Part shown: piece after piece, positions 13,601 through 27,480 of the stretch
Numbering within the stretch: position 1 is the stretch's first letter
How the letters are laid out: each line of letters starts with the position of its first letter
Source: Camelus ferus
Lineage: Eukaryota
NCBI RefSeq assembly: GCF_009834535.1
Contig: NC_045697.1
Span: 85,190,001 to 85,254,000, forward strand
DNA length: 64,000 bases
Direction: 5' to 3'
Program-made: the position numbers and the translations under genes
Notes under the pieces: model-generated
The model's database searches: none
What the model was told of the DNA's origin: nothing
What the model saw: only the letters and a program-made list of their open reading frames with translations

Positions 13601-16600
13601 TCATCTTTAACCTTTATGCCATTACATAAATTAATAATATGGCTAGTATTTTGTATAAATTAGGTTAGACTTTCCAAAGTTACTGACAAAAACTCTGCTT
13701 CTTGCAATTACAGCTGACATTAACCAGATCTTTCTGACTGGTTGATTGAGGCACTCTTTTAGTTATCAAAGCTCATCAGGAAAATTCGGGGGCAGGTTAG
13801 GAATGTGTGTTATATCTCAAAGCAGATCCCAAGTGGCTGTGAACACTGACATAATATTAAAGTGTGTCTTGAGAACTACATAGAGGTAATCATCTTCAAC
13901 ATTTAGAAGGGCAAAACAGTACTGACAAATATCCCATACTACACTGTGAGATTTAGCTACCAATAGTTAGATTTAATGAGCATAGGAGTATAAATAATAT
14001 TGAAGTGTACTTAACAGCAAAATATTTTCCACTTAACTAAGGAAAATAGATGTGTTCTTTGCATCTGCTTCTTTAAATTATGTTCTGACACTGAATAACA
14101 TTAAAATCCACTTCTGTTTTCTTCAAACATATCAAGGACCAAACGGAAGCATGATGGCAACTGTAAAAGGGTGATTTTAAGCTGACTTTAAAAGGTGCCA
14201 CAAAGTAGATACTTCATGAAGCAAATTTATTCATTCATGAAATATCTATTTTTTGAGCACATATCATCTGCTAATTACTGTCCTGGGCTTTGGGAATGCA
14301 GCTGCTAACAGATGCACAAAATCACTGCCTCTTCAAAACCTCTGTAGAAGTGGACAGGAAAAAGACTCAGTTAAAATCCTTAGGAAAGGCAAAAGAACTG
14401 AATGAATGTAGTTCCTTGATGCCAATTTAACATTATTCAGACACACTTTTTATAACTCTTAATATCTGTATTAGGAGCATTTTAGCTTACTGGACTTGAA
14501 ATAAGTGACTCCACATCCTCACTGCTGGCACACCTTGAGATGGAAGTACCTTAAAAGGATTTGAAATATTAAGAAAAGAGCTCCAGAAAATTGCAGATGG
14601 CCTTCCAACGGCAGCTGGTGGTAATGAAGGGGGACATCTGGATGCCACATGGAAGACCTTACCCAGAGTCAACCCTGGTCCCCAAACAAGTTACCTTGAG
14701 TCTTTCACTAAGAAAATGCATTATGACCAAACCACTCATTGGCAAGTATGGCTGGAAACAGTAGGAAAAATCTGATTCTACTTTAACATATGCCATTAGG
14801 ATTACAATTTATTGACTTTACCATTATTTTCTGTAATATAATTAGAGACATCAGAAGAACTCTAGGCCTCAATAAAGGATTAACATACTACTATTAAAAT
14901 ATACCACTATTATAAAATCCTTTATGAAATTTGTGAAGGGATTTTGGGTTAGCGTGAACCTTCATGATTAAAAGAAGGACAATAAAGTCATCTTGAACAG
15001 ATCCTTTCTCAAGATCTATGTTTACATAACATGAAATTAATAAAGAAAAATCTTGCAAAGCTTGACATACTTACATCAGATATCTTGATAGTCTTAAATT
15101 AGACCATAGATTTAATTTTAGATATGAACTTGACTACTCTAGCAGAGGGCTCAAAGATCAAGTTTCATTTCATACTACTAAACGCATTGAATGAAAAAGA
15201 CTTACGAATGTTAACCACGATCAACCTTGAAGATTAAAAAATGTACAACAAAGTGGTTAAAATGATAAAGTTTATGTTTTGTATATTTTACCACAATTTA
15301 AAAAAAAAGTGTATAGCCAATGAGCCCTATACTTTGAGAGATTTTTAAACAAGCAGAAAAATTTAACTACATATAATCCACATTTTAAGAGATTCTGATT
15401 AAAATAAACATAGGCTATTTCTAGAAAGGACTTTAATAATTTTAATTTCCATTTTGTCAGTATATTTTAAAAAACCTACATGGATTTCTGGGAACTCCAA
15501 TAATTCTCTGAAAAGATGAAAAGATGTATATACAGAGAAAATGTAATTTAAGATGTAGTAAAGTCAAACTTTTATTTTTGATGAATCCAAATTAAATAAT
15601 GTTTAGATAATTAAATTAAATACTGTTTAAAGATCTGGAGCCATAGTTTTTATTTTTACTTTGAGTTTTTTAACAAAAATTAGCTTTGGAGATGGCAACT
15701 TTCAAGTGAAAAAGCACACCTCAGAACTGTATGTTTCATGAAAAAATACTCTTAAGATGGTTTCACATGGTTGAACTTTAAAATATATATATCATATGGG
15801 AATTCTTTAGAAGAGCTTTTTATTTGTTTTTCACAAATATCACAGGACTGGCTTATTTTGCTGTTGTGGACTAAAGAAATTGTTACAAAACCTCAAAGTG
15901 ACTCATTCTAAATGAAAATTAAACCAAAAAATATAATGTGCAAGCACTTTCCTATCACTTTTCCAATTCTGTCATTCTAATTCCCTCAACTTAGGGAGGC
16001 TCTAATAAATTAGAAGTGCACCACAGAGAGAAGTGAAATGGTACACTGACAAATGGGAGTAGCTCAAGTTCATTCTTGGCAATTTTCTATGAATTAAAAC
16101 ACTTTTTTTTTTTCCTGCAGCAAAAGAGTCATGAAACCCCACTGACCTCACCAAACCCCACACGGTTGCTCTTAGAATGCTCCTATTAATCAAATCCTGC
16201 ATAATTTCACTTGCCATCTTCGAAAGAAAGACAACAAAAATCTGAACTTGACATTTACTCCTTGAATATCTACAGAAGTTTTAGAAATTTAAAGAGTTTA
16301 CTATTACAAGAAAGTGGGCAATAAAATGTAAGAACTGAAAGGTGACTGAATGAGGGAACCTCTGCTTCTCAAAATACAATGGCCAACTGAATCAAAACAA
16401 ATTGAGTCTGCTTTTAAATTCAAGTTTCTGTGGAGCTCCAAAAAAGTAAAAGAGCCATCCTTTTCCTTAAGAATCTTCAGTTATGGGATCCCTTCCTCAT
16501 TTCTGAAAAAATGCCAAATCAAGTGAGGTGTGGTCCACTGGGAAGAATTAAAAACAGGAGAGCCATGTGCTCACGAACTTTCTAGTCTGAAATAGTAAAA

Positions 16601-19600
16601 AACCTGACCTATTTTATGGGTTGAGGGCAAAACAAAAACCGAGTTTTACTGATGCAAATAAAATAGGATGTGAGATGCAGAATAAAAGAGGACAAGAGGT
16701 ACTGAATATTTTTAAACTATAACAAGCTAGGAAGAGAAAGGTAGAGGTTTCCTATCCAGGATGCCCTGGCTCTGGCCAACCAGGTGTATAAATGACCCCC
16801 CCTCCCCATTAAATGTGATTTGTCTGAAGAGAGGAAGGCACCTTCCTGAGGTCCTTGATGTGAGCACTGACAGAGCAAAGTGGATTGTTTCACAAGCAGG
16901 AGAAACACTGGAACAATCTAGACACCGAGAAAGTTTTAAAGGTTCTGACCAAGAAAGAAAATCTCCTACCTGAGTTCTCCACACTGCGATGGGAAGAGAC
17001 ACTTTGCAGTAAGGTCGGTAAGTTGAAGTCAGGTCATTAATGATTCGGTTTTGTTGTTAGGGAGTCAGACTTTGGTGGGAATATCATTAATCTTTTCCAC
17101 CAGCAGTTTTCCATGTTTAGGAATTTCTACCAGAAGTTTTATTTAGCCCAGTATTTACGAGCATAGTCTGTGAACAGTCGGCGGGGAATGATGAAGCAGT
17201 TAAACCTTAGGTGCCGGAGCACAGAGGGGTTTTCCTGACCACGGTGCTGGCAAGGAAGAATCAAGAGTATATAACTTTGAGCAGCAAGAAACCCAGAAAA
17301 TTATTCTCTTGATTCAAAACCTAGAGAGGCTATTGAAACCTTCCCCAGCCCTGAGGCACGATTCAGAGTTCCAGGAAAGTAGCTCAGAGAGAAGCTGTTC
17401 TTGCCAGGGGATGGGGAATGGTAGCGACGGTCGGAGAGAGCACGTATCAGAGGAAGTCAGATCTCCTTTAGTTTTCTAAACTAAAGGAAAATGCTGTGTT
17501 CTAGATTTAATAGAGGTAGCAACTGATACCATCAGCTGATAATTTATAGAAATAGAAATAGTTTCAACAGTGAAAACTGTTGCATAGGCCACTTCTGTTT
17601 CTGAGGATCCCCACAGATCAAAAACTAAAGAAGTAATAGAAATAGAGTTACATAAAGGATGGTACACTTTAAATGATCCATCTTATCAGAGTCTCTGTGA
17701 CTATATTATTAATTCACTTGATATCATTCATCACACTAGATTCCAAGACAGATGTCACTCCCTCACTCTTTCCTCTGCCTCATACCCCAGCTTGTGACTA
17801 ATCTTGACATAAACATTTTACTTTTTGCATTAAAAAACTAAGGCTTGTGATATTTTTGAAAAAAAGTAAAAAACAGACAATCATATTGCCAATGAAAGTC
17901 AAAATGAGTGTTTCTCTAAGTTGCTACATATGCTCATTACTAGCCAAAATCAACTGGGGGGGACTGGATGCAGGAATAAAGAGGAAAAATGGCATATTCC
18001 ACTGATGTGGTTGATCAGAAATTATCTGAAGTGTGAAAATCACACTGAGAAAATAAGAATTATACAGTTCAAGACCTAACCTATGATTAATAAGCTCTCA
18101 ATCTCAATCTCTGAAGTGTGTTGGGGGTAAAATCTTTTATTTCTGTGCAGATTCTACACTCAACTATTCTGTTAACTCTTAGATTACTTGTAGGTAAAAG
18201 AATATTTGATTTGACTTAATGTTAGTAAATAACCACTTAGAAAACAAATATAGCAAAATAAATTCCCTCTCAATATACAGAGGTAATCTAATTATAAAAT
18301 ATGAAAAGACATGTTTACATTTTCATGTGTGTTGGTAATAACTTTGACTATTTATTTTTGTTTATGAGTAATTGTCATTATTATCTTATTCACAGCTGCT
18401 GTTTTTATAACTATGGACAAATATTCTACAAAGAATGAAAAAATTCTTTTAGAAAAACTAGTAGAGAAGAAAAAAAAACAGAGGCTAAAATCCAAGTTTC
18501 ATCAAATCATAAGATACCAATTCTTTATTTCTAAGATGATCACAGGTAGTTACCAAAAAATTAAATATTTCCCAAGACAGTGATTTATGACTACACTCAA
18601 ATAACAGTGTGCAAGCAAGCCCAGAACAGAAGGGCCAACACAGCCGGTATCTATTAGCACGGAAAGTTGGTTGGGACTGTAGGCAAGTAATTAACCTTCT
18701 GGCCCAGAGCTTTAAAGCCCCAAAAGCTGTTCCTAGAATTTCTCTTATAATTTATGAACAACTGATGGAATTCCTGTCACAGTCCGTGGATTCCCTTGTG
18801 GAATTAACCCCAGCTTTTGCTGACCCTAAGAAGCTATAAACCAACAGGAGAATGTGCTCTACTATTTCAGCTGACCCACAGAGTGCCATCTCTGTCATTC
18901 TAGCATAGGAAACAGGATGATAAATTACAGAACTGCCCGCCCGGCAGACCTAAACATTCACCTTCACTAACGATGCTGGCAACACACAGTCCATGCATCC
19001 TGGCTCACCCCAAACCAGCTGTCTTTGACAGCAAATCCTCATCTATGTTCCAGAGACGATCTAACGCTGCTGCTAAAGGTGATAAAAAGATGATGATGAC
19101 GACACTGGGGATAGAGGGTTAGACCATATATCAAGGGAGTATGAGTACCTGTGATTAAATACATGTAGGAAAAACAAAAACAAGACACACAGCAATGTTG
19201 GCAGCAACGGGTCACTTTACAGCATGTTTGCACCATGCTAGGCTAAAGCCTTAGTTTAGTTCTAGATGAACCACATATAAATTATGTAACCTTAGCAAAT
19301 CATTGTATTTTGCTGGGCATTAGTTCAATTAAAGGCTTGAACTAGAAATCTCCTGAAATTATTTTCTAGCCTAAAAATGAAGACTATTATGTTTTAATAA
19401 TCTACCCAATGTGCACACCTGCCATGCATGCCCTTATTCTAATCGCCTAATTATGAAGAATGAGTGGACTCTAGAAGGTGGATACAAGGTTTGTGAAAAA
19501 TAACATTTTCAAAGTTAATGGAAAAGTTCTGTCATGCTTCACCCTAGCAGTACAAAATGGTGACAGTGGGAATGGAGGAAATGGAGAAGGGAGAGGCAGC

Positions 19601-20214
19601 AGACAGAGAACAAAGATTGTGAAGCAAAGATACAACTGGTTGGTTATGTAAAATAGTAAAGGAAAAAGTCAATTAAAACGTGAAAGAATTGGAGAGATTT
19701 TTAAAATGTAGTTTTTAAACACTCTTAACAACAACAACAAAAGAAACAGAGATATAAATACTAAGATACCTCCCAGAACTAAAAGACAAGAGCAAGGTGA
19801 TCATTGTCTTATAGAATGACCATTAGTCATGAGTCAATAAAATAAAACCTGTTCTAAGAAAACTAATATAAAGGAAACTGCCTTTAATGTTACTGTATCA
19901 GATAGGAAATGATGAAAGATACCAATCGGCAAACTGGCAAAAACATAAACTGAAGTCATATTTCCTCCTCATAAAACTTAGTGCGTTTTGATGTCACAAA
20001 AAAGAGGATTGGTTTCCCCAAATACTGATGGACAGTTTGAATACTATAAAAACAAAGAGAACTTGACTCCTTCAACGTAGTGGGAAAACAATGAAAAGAC
20101 CGTTACCTCTATAAAAATCTCATCACATTGCAATGCATTCAAGTGTCCATACACCTCACTGAAAGGCTCCACTATCAATTAATAATCATTTCCAAGAAAT
20201 GAAAGAAGTTATCT

Positions 20215-20585
20215 GCCCAGCTATATGACATTCTGGACAACAAAAACTTATGGAGACAGTAAAATTATCAGCAGTCACCAGGAGCTGAGAATTGGGGGAT
20301 GAATAGACAAAGCACAGTGGATATTTAGGGCAGTGAAAATACTGTGGATGATATCATAATGGTGGATACATGTCCTTACACATGTGTCCAGACCCACAGA
20401 ATGTCCACACCAACAGCGAATCATAATGCAAACTATGGACTTTGGGTGATTATAATGTGTCAGTGCAGGTTCATCAATTGTAACAAACATACCACTCTGG
20501 TTGGGAATACTGATAGTAGGGGATGCTACACTTGTGTAGGGGGCAGAAGTGGGTGGGGAAATCTCTTTACATCTTCTTTTATAAA
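20215..20585 (+). mobile_element. L1MC-type 3' UTR fragment
   Basis: tatatgacattctgga...tatggagacagtaaaa...aactatggactttgggtgattataatgtgtcagtgcaggttcatcaattgtaacaaa. Confidence 0.8.
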
Positions 20586-22274
20586 GAATACATATGCTTT
20601 CCAATGTATTGTGGGAAAAAACTTTTGAATAATTCATGAGAATTGGAAATTTCATGGAATTCCTTTTTCAAAATTACTAAGCATGAAGTAATGATATTCT
20701 GCTTCTTCAGAAGAATCTGAGCTTTTTTCTGAGCAGTGTAACTGTAAGCAAAGACAAAACAAGACAACACGAGTCTGTTTATATTTAAAGAACATAAGTC
20801 TTCCTATTGAAAGAACCAGGCTCTGAGGGAGATGTGAACAAGATGTGAGCTGTGATGCTGGATGTTCAGGAAACAGGTCTCAGCTGCACTGAGTTGGCAT
20901 CTGTGTCCACTCCATTGTTCTCACTGGAATAAAACACTCCCACTTTTACTTATAAAAATTATGAAAATTTTAAAACAGGAAGGAAAATTAGAAAAACAGT
21001 ACAATGAACCTGATATACTCTAAGGTTTAATATTACCATATTTGCTTTCTCATTCTCATTTCTCTCTTTTTAACATATATTTTTATAGGTACTTCTTTTT
21101 GCTGGCCCATTTGAGAATAAGATGCAGAGACATGTCACACCTAAATAATTTTTAGCATGAATGTTCTAATTATAACAGTTACCTGCATAATCATAAGATG
21201 AATATACTTTAAATATCTTTTTTCAAGAAAATATTATTATAGAAAAATTAGAAAACACAGAAAATCATGAATAAAATTCAAACTATCCAAATATAAAATA
21301 CAAAGGAATAACCATAGTTAATAATTTAGCATTTAACCTTTAAGATGTTAAAATAACAATATTTTATCCTTAACAAAAATATGCCATTTTGTTTTGTAAA
21401 TAATCTTTCTCATTTTATGTTAACTAATATATATTTATACAATCATTTTTATTGTCCATATAATATCCCAATTTATAGATATATCATAATTTATTGAACC
21501 ATGCTCCTCAATGTTGGATATGCACACTCTATTTCCAATTTTTTGCTATTTATAAACAGTTCTTCAAGAAATAGGTCAATATTTTAAAAACAAACTTGAT
21601 TGCTTATAATCTCTTATTTGACTTAGAAATCAAGCATCTTTTATGTTTATGCTTAATAAAGAGGGTAGTAATAATTTAAAAAGCTGAGGACAAGTTTTGA
21701 TGTGACAAGATCAATTAAATGTATGAAAGATTATTTTGGAGGTCATTATGGCTTAATTTCAAGAAAGAAATTAGTGAGGCAAACATAAATAAAATACCAC
21801 CAAACAATTTTCCCAGCTGAGTTCTCCTTTAAATAGTTATTAAAAACAAAGGCTCAGTTAATTAGGAACATACCCATCTAAAGCATGTATTTCCAAAGAT
21901 GATAATCATTAAGAAAATCCCATGATTATGTCAGACACCATGATATTAAATTAGCTCTTTAGCAATAGTCAATCCAGATCATTTTTATACACTAAGTTAT
22001 TAAAGTTCTAGCATACTCAATAGTTTAAGATCTTGATGAAAGAGAGAAAAGGAAGGATACTGAACATAAAATTCCCAGTATGATATCCCATAAGAAAGGA
22101 AACTAAAGAAAAGGAGAAAAAGACAATATCAGAAATCAAATCATTCAATAAAGCCTTGCCACCCAACGTTAATGAACACAATTCATTTGACTTTGGAAAA
22201 GTAGTCTTCAGTGGCAATATTACAGAAGACTTTCAGAGATCATACTTAAGAAAATTAACTGACCATCTGCTACA

Positions 22275-22450
22275 AACCAGCACTAAGTACTTTACAGACA
22301 TTATTCAATTTATTCTTCACAAAAAGGACCTATGAGATAAAATGGGTTCTGAGAGGTTAGGCAGTTTGTGCAAAAGTGCACAGCTAGTAAGTGGTAGAGG
22401 CCAGGATTTGAATTCAAGTCAGTTGTCTCTGAAGCGCCACTCTTTCCAGG
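22275..22450 (-). mobile_element. MIR SINE
   Basis: gagaggttaggcagtttgtgcaaaagtgcacagctagtaagtggtagaggccaggatttgaattcaag. Confidence 0.75.
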
Positions 22451-23165
22451 ATGCAAAACAGACTCCCACAGCAGAGGAAGGTAGTGCTGGAAACACACTG
22501 GGACTTGCTTCTACTAAGCAGGGCAACTCTCTAGGTGGGGAAAGGGATGCAATCTCATTATAACTCAGACTTCTCTGAATCCTAACTAAAAAAATTTCAA
22601 ATATCAGTAAATATCTTACTGATAGGATAATCTTTGAGGTTCTACCTTTTGGAATCTGCAGGCAAATTTAAAAGGTAAAGAAAGTCTACAATCTACCTAC
22701 AAATATGCCCAAGTTTAGAAAGCCTTAAATGTTCCTCTGTTTACAATCGCAAACGTATCAAGCCAAAAGCAAACAGTACCTATAGAGGTGCAGCTTTGGC
22801 ACACCTCCTACTTTTAAAATCCAGAGTCGGGCACAGGCAATGACAATGGGCACTAGCATGTTTCAGGAGCAACAGCAGCAGAAACATAAGAATTTATCAA
22901 GACAAAGTAACAGCACGAAACCAGTCTGAGCAATCAGATGACAGCAATGGTGCCAGTTAAACAGGATGGCCTCTGTCAGCTGGGTCCTTACCTTCATGGG
23001 CAACACACTCTTCTCTGCCTCGTCTACCTCACCTGGCCCCAAGACACACATACACACACATAAACACCCACCCCCAATCACCGCCCAACACACAGATATA
23101 CACACACACCTACTCACACTCTTATCCCTTTGGGCATTTATCATTGGCTAGGGGTCCATCTAGAG

Positions 23166-24530
23166 CATTACCTCCCAAAACATTGTCTGTGTACTCCTGG
23201 GGATCCCCAAGATTCTTACACAAGCTCTTCAAGGTCAAAACTAGTTTTGCCATAATACTATTATGCTATTTACCTTTTTCACCACGTTGACTTTGCACTA
23301 ATGGTACAAAAGTAACAATGGGTAAAACTGCTGGGCCTTCGTACAGATCAGGACAGTGGCCTCTGATGGTGCTAGTAGTCACTGTATCTTCACTGCCACA
23401 CTCACAATAGAAATAATGCCAGTTTTGTAAAAATTATTAATTTTATAAAACCCTAATTTTTGAGTACCATAGTTTTAATATTCCCTGTGATAAAATGGGA
23501 ACTAAGTACTTGCCATAAATATTGATATATGAAAGTTGCCTCAAGGAAAAGCACTTGTGTGACTGAGTTGTGAGCTGAACTAGGAGCTTATTTCATGGAA
23601 CACCATTTTGACTTGAAATGTAATGACGGACAAATTATGGTTATTCACACTTGGGTCTTTGGTGAACAATTGTTTTTTGAAAATTAGAGAAGCCTGTCAT
23701 TTCAAAAGAAAGAAAGGAAAGAAGGAAAGTACTTCTTACCAAACACGAGAATTAGAGCAGTCAATGCAAAATTTAGAATTTAGGAAAATCTGTATGTGCT
23801 ACCATGTGCTCGAAGGCTTCTTAAAACTCAGAGTTGCCCAGTGAGACCAGTGATGACATTAACACACGTGGAGGAAGTGTGTAACTCAGTGAGCCAGTAT
23901 TTTCCAAGTGATCTGTGCATCATGTTACAGAATCACGCATGGGTAAAAGATCATTCAAAGTGCAAGACACACCAGTGGATTTTAATGTAACAGAATAGCG
24001 GAAGTTCACTGAGATGATCTAGGTTCCACACAAAAGCCTTTAAAAAAACCTACCACTTTTTGAGTTTTACCGTAGTGACAAGTAATACCCAGAATTATTT
24101 GTAAAGGCTATTTAAGAATTCTTTTCTAACTACATATCTGCTTAGGGCCAGATTTTCTGCAAATCCTGCAACCAAAAGAACATACTGCAGCAAAATGAAT
24201 GAAGGAACAGATAGGAGAACCCAGCCGTCCCTCTTAACTCAAACATTAGAGAGAGTTTCAGAAATGTAAAAACAGTGTCTCCCTTCTCACTAAATTATTT
24301 CTGATTAGGAAGTGGAGTTATTTTCTGTAAAAATACAGTGTCCATGTTAACATGTAATGGGTTTATTATTGTTATTTTAAACAAATTAACACATTGTTAA
24401 ATGTTCTCAGCTTTAATCTCTAATATAGTAAACAGCTACAGATATAACCCACATAAACCAAAGCTTCTAAGGGTTGTCAATTATTTGTAAGATGAAATGG
24501 AGTGTTGAGGCCAAAATGTGAGCACCGATG
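23166..24530 (+). mobile_element. hAT-Charlie DNA transposon, Charlie1a-like, near full length
   Basis: Left end ...ctcctggggatccccaaga...aaggtcaaaacta; right end ...gaggccaaaatgtgagcaccgatg. 8-bp TSD atctagag (23158-23165) / atccagac (24531-24538) fits the hAT NTCTAGAN preference. Confidence 0.85.
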
Positions 24531-27381
24531 ATCCAGACATCCCTGTTCCTCGGAGGCTGTCTGTTCTGACCGTCCCACCCCACCGTCGCTCACGGTCCTC
24601 ATTTCATTACGGGCTCCCTGAGACTATGTGACTAAACGCTTTCTCAGAGCAGGCTGTGAACACCTTACCTATGTTATGTTATAGCACAAACATAAATAGC
24701 TAAACCTAGTGTGGGGAATCTGAGCTGAATAAAATCACATGATTTCATAAGAAAACATAATAGAGAGAAAAAAATAAATTGATAGAACTCAAAATAAGGA
24801 GAACTCTACCATCATAGTAGAAAAAAACCTACATAAACCCATGTGGTCACTGAGCCAAGTTCCAGCTTGGAAGGGTAAATGAATGTGCATGATTTGGAGG
24901 ACAGGACAAAGCAAATAAAAGAAAGCAAATGCAACATCTGCCCATGCTGGAAAAGAAATCCATGCCAGGAAGCCCAGATGCCAGCAAGCAGCCGGGTCTC
25001 TGCTGTCACTGACATTGGCTGGCACCCACCACTCCAAATACAACCACAGCTATGTTTCCAGGCAATCGTCACAAAGAAACATAGGCTTCACATCAAAATA
25101 ACTTAAAGAAGAATTGTAAAATGTGAAAATGAGTCTGATTTTAAACAGAAAAATCTAGTTATAAGCAAATAACAATTATAATTAATTATACAATTACTTG
25201 TGTGGGCATACACATACACATAGGCCACCTTTATATTTTTATTTTATTTAAATATATGTGTTGGCCGCCTAGGCCTCAGCCATGTTTGAATTTAGGTGGT
25301 AAGTTTCCTTGATCAGAAACCAATAGGCCAGAATCTGTATGACATTTTGTGCAGATTCATGCACACAGTGAATAGCCAGATCATACATAAAATGACTCAA
25401 ATTTTAAAATATTGTTTAGATTATACATAATATAGAACATAATATATGACAACAATAAACACTACATATATTTAATATTTTTGTCAGAGAATTCTTGGAG
25501 GTCAAAAATCTTATTGTAACTTTGTAGAGGATAATCTTAATAAAAAATTTAAGAGAAATTACTAGTTTAAGTACATTATTCTCTACTGCCCATCCTTCTG
25601 ACAAGTAAAATAAAATGTAGGCACACAATTCGCAAGGATAGAATTATTTTGAATACTCAAGGGTTCTATGATCGATTCATCTTTTCTATGCTGAAATACA
25701 TATTTTAATACATTCTGAACAATAATCACTGCCTTTTAAAAACACACTCTAACAACCATAATTCAATTACATGATGATGTCTCAGGGCATTATTATAAAT
25801 GTACTGCTACGATATATAGAAATAATACATTTTCCCCATTTCCCGCTTGCCCTCCTTCCATACACAGATTACATGCACAAGCACACACATGCAGACCTAA
25901 AATCTACCGAGCAAATCGTAAGTGATGCTTTCAGGGTGGCACAAAGACATCTCCTGATCCAGAACGGAAGGATGCTGATTTCACTCTCGCCCGTGCCCGT
26001 GCCCATCACAAGTCCACACGACCCCGGTACATAGAAGAGGGTGGTGCCCGATGACGCCAAAGCCTATGCTGTCGGGTTGCAGGGGCTGGCCCCGGGCTTG
26101 GGAGCGCTCTCTCCTCTCTCTTCATCATTTACCTGCTTCTTCTGTACACCCGGGACAGGGTGCGAGCAGCCCCAGCACTCCTTTAAGTCCACCTGTCCTC
26201 CCTCCACACGGCTCTCTGCTGCCCTTTTCCTTCTGCTTCTACTTTTCTTTTTGTTGTTCTCTGCTTCTGCTGCACATATTGGACTTTGTCCTGAAAACCT
26301 CACTTTCTCTAGATACTTCTAAGTAAGAAGACCTCCTTTCTTTCTTTAGGGCGCCCATTATTCCACAGCCATCACATATAATGCTTGATCTTTTTGATTA
26401 TCTGTTTCCTATGAAAGTATGAAAGAGGCTATTCTAAGATGATAAATACTAAGCTGACCTATGTCTTTTAGCTTTTGCCAGAAAATTTCCAAAATGAGAA
26501 ATTATGCTGCATGGCTGTCCTTCTTCTCCACTTATGTGTAATAATTACAGTATTGATTCTCTGACCTGCTTAAACTAACATTTTTTCAGTCACAAAACAG
26601 TTTCTGTACTAGACGCTGTCCTAGATGCTGGTGGCACCATGGTAAGGAAAGTTAAATACCATGGCTCTTGAATAAAAAGCTTCAGCAGTGTTACCAGTTA
26701 CACAGGGTACCACACACAGGCCAGCCACTGAGAACCGCTTTAGATACATATAAACTAACCTGGCCACCAAAATGAAAGAGTATTCTCTCCAGTCTTTGCA
26801 AGTACTTCTCTACATGACAGATAACACCCAGACAAGGTTCTTAAGGAGAATGTTTAGTTGTTCATTCACCCTTCACTAGGGCACAGCCCTCTTTCATGGG
26901 AGAAATTACACAGGAAGTCGTAAGAAATGAAAAAAACCCTTTGGGAAGCAATCTGTGGCATAAAACATTATTATGGCCACAGCACACTTACAGCCAATAA
27001 AATCTTATAGCATCCAAGCCACATTCCAAAGACTTTTTAAAATTTGTAAAGGCTACACTTGATGCGAGATAAGGGAGGGGCAAGCCCATAGCCTTCTATA
27101 AAACTGTTACTCCCTGTTCCACCCACTGAAACAGTATGTAAAGTAAAGCACACATATCACAACCAGACATTAATCAGTTTCCACCTCAGATATTTCATTT
27201 TGGGAAAGTATCCTTATTCAAGATTTTTCTAGAATAAAGAACTGGATTCTGTAAATTGTTTAAGGAGAGAAAAGAGCCAGGATGAATTCTTAACCTGGGA
27301 GTCATTTTGTAAAACTGCAATATTCATTATCCTGGAGGAATCTGATTTCTCTATAATGTTTTTATCACCAATTACAATCTA

Positions 27382-27480
<99 letters not shown>

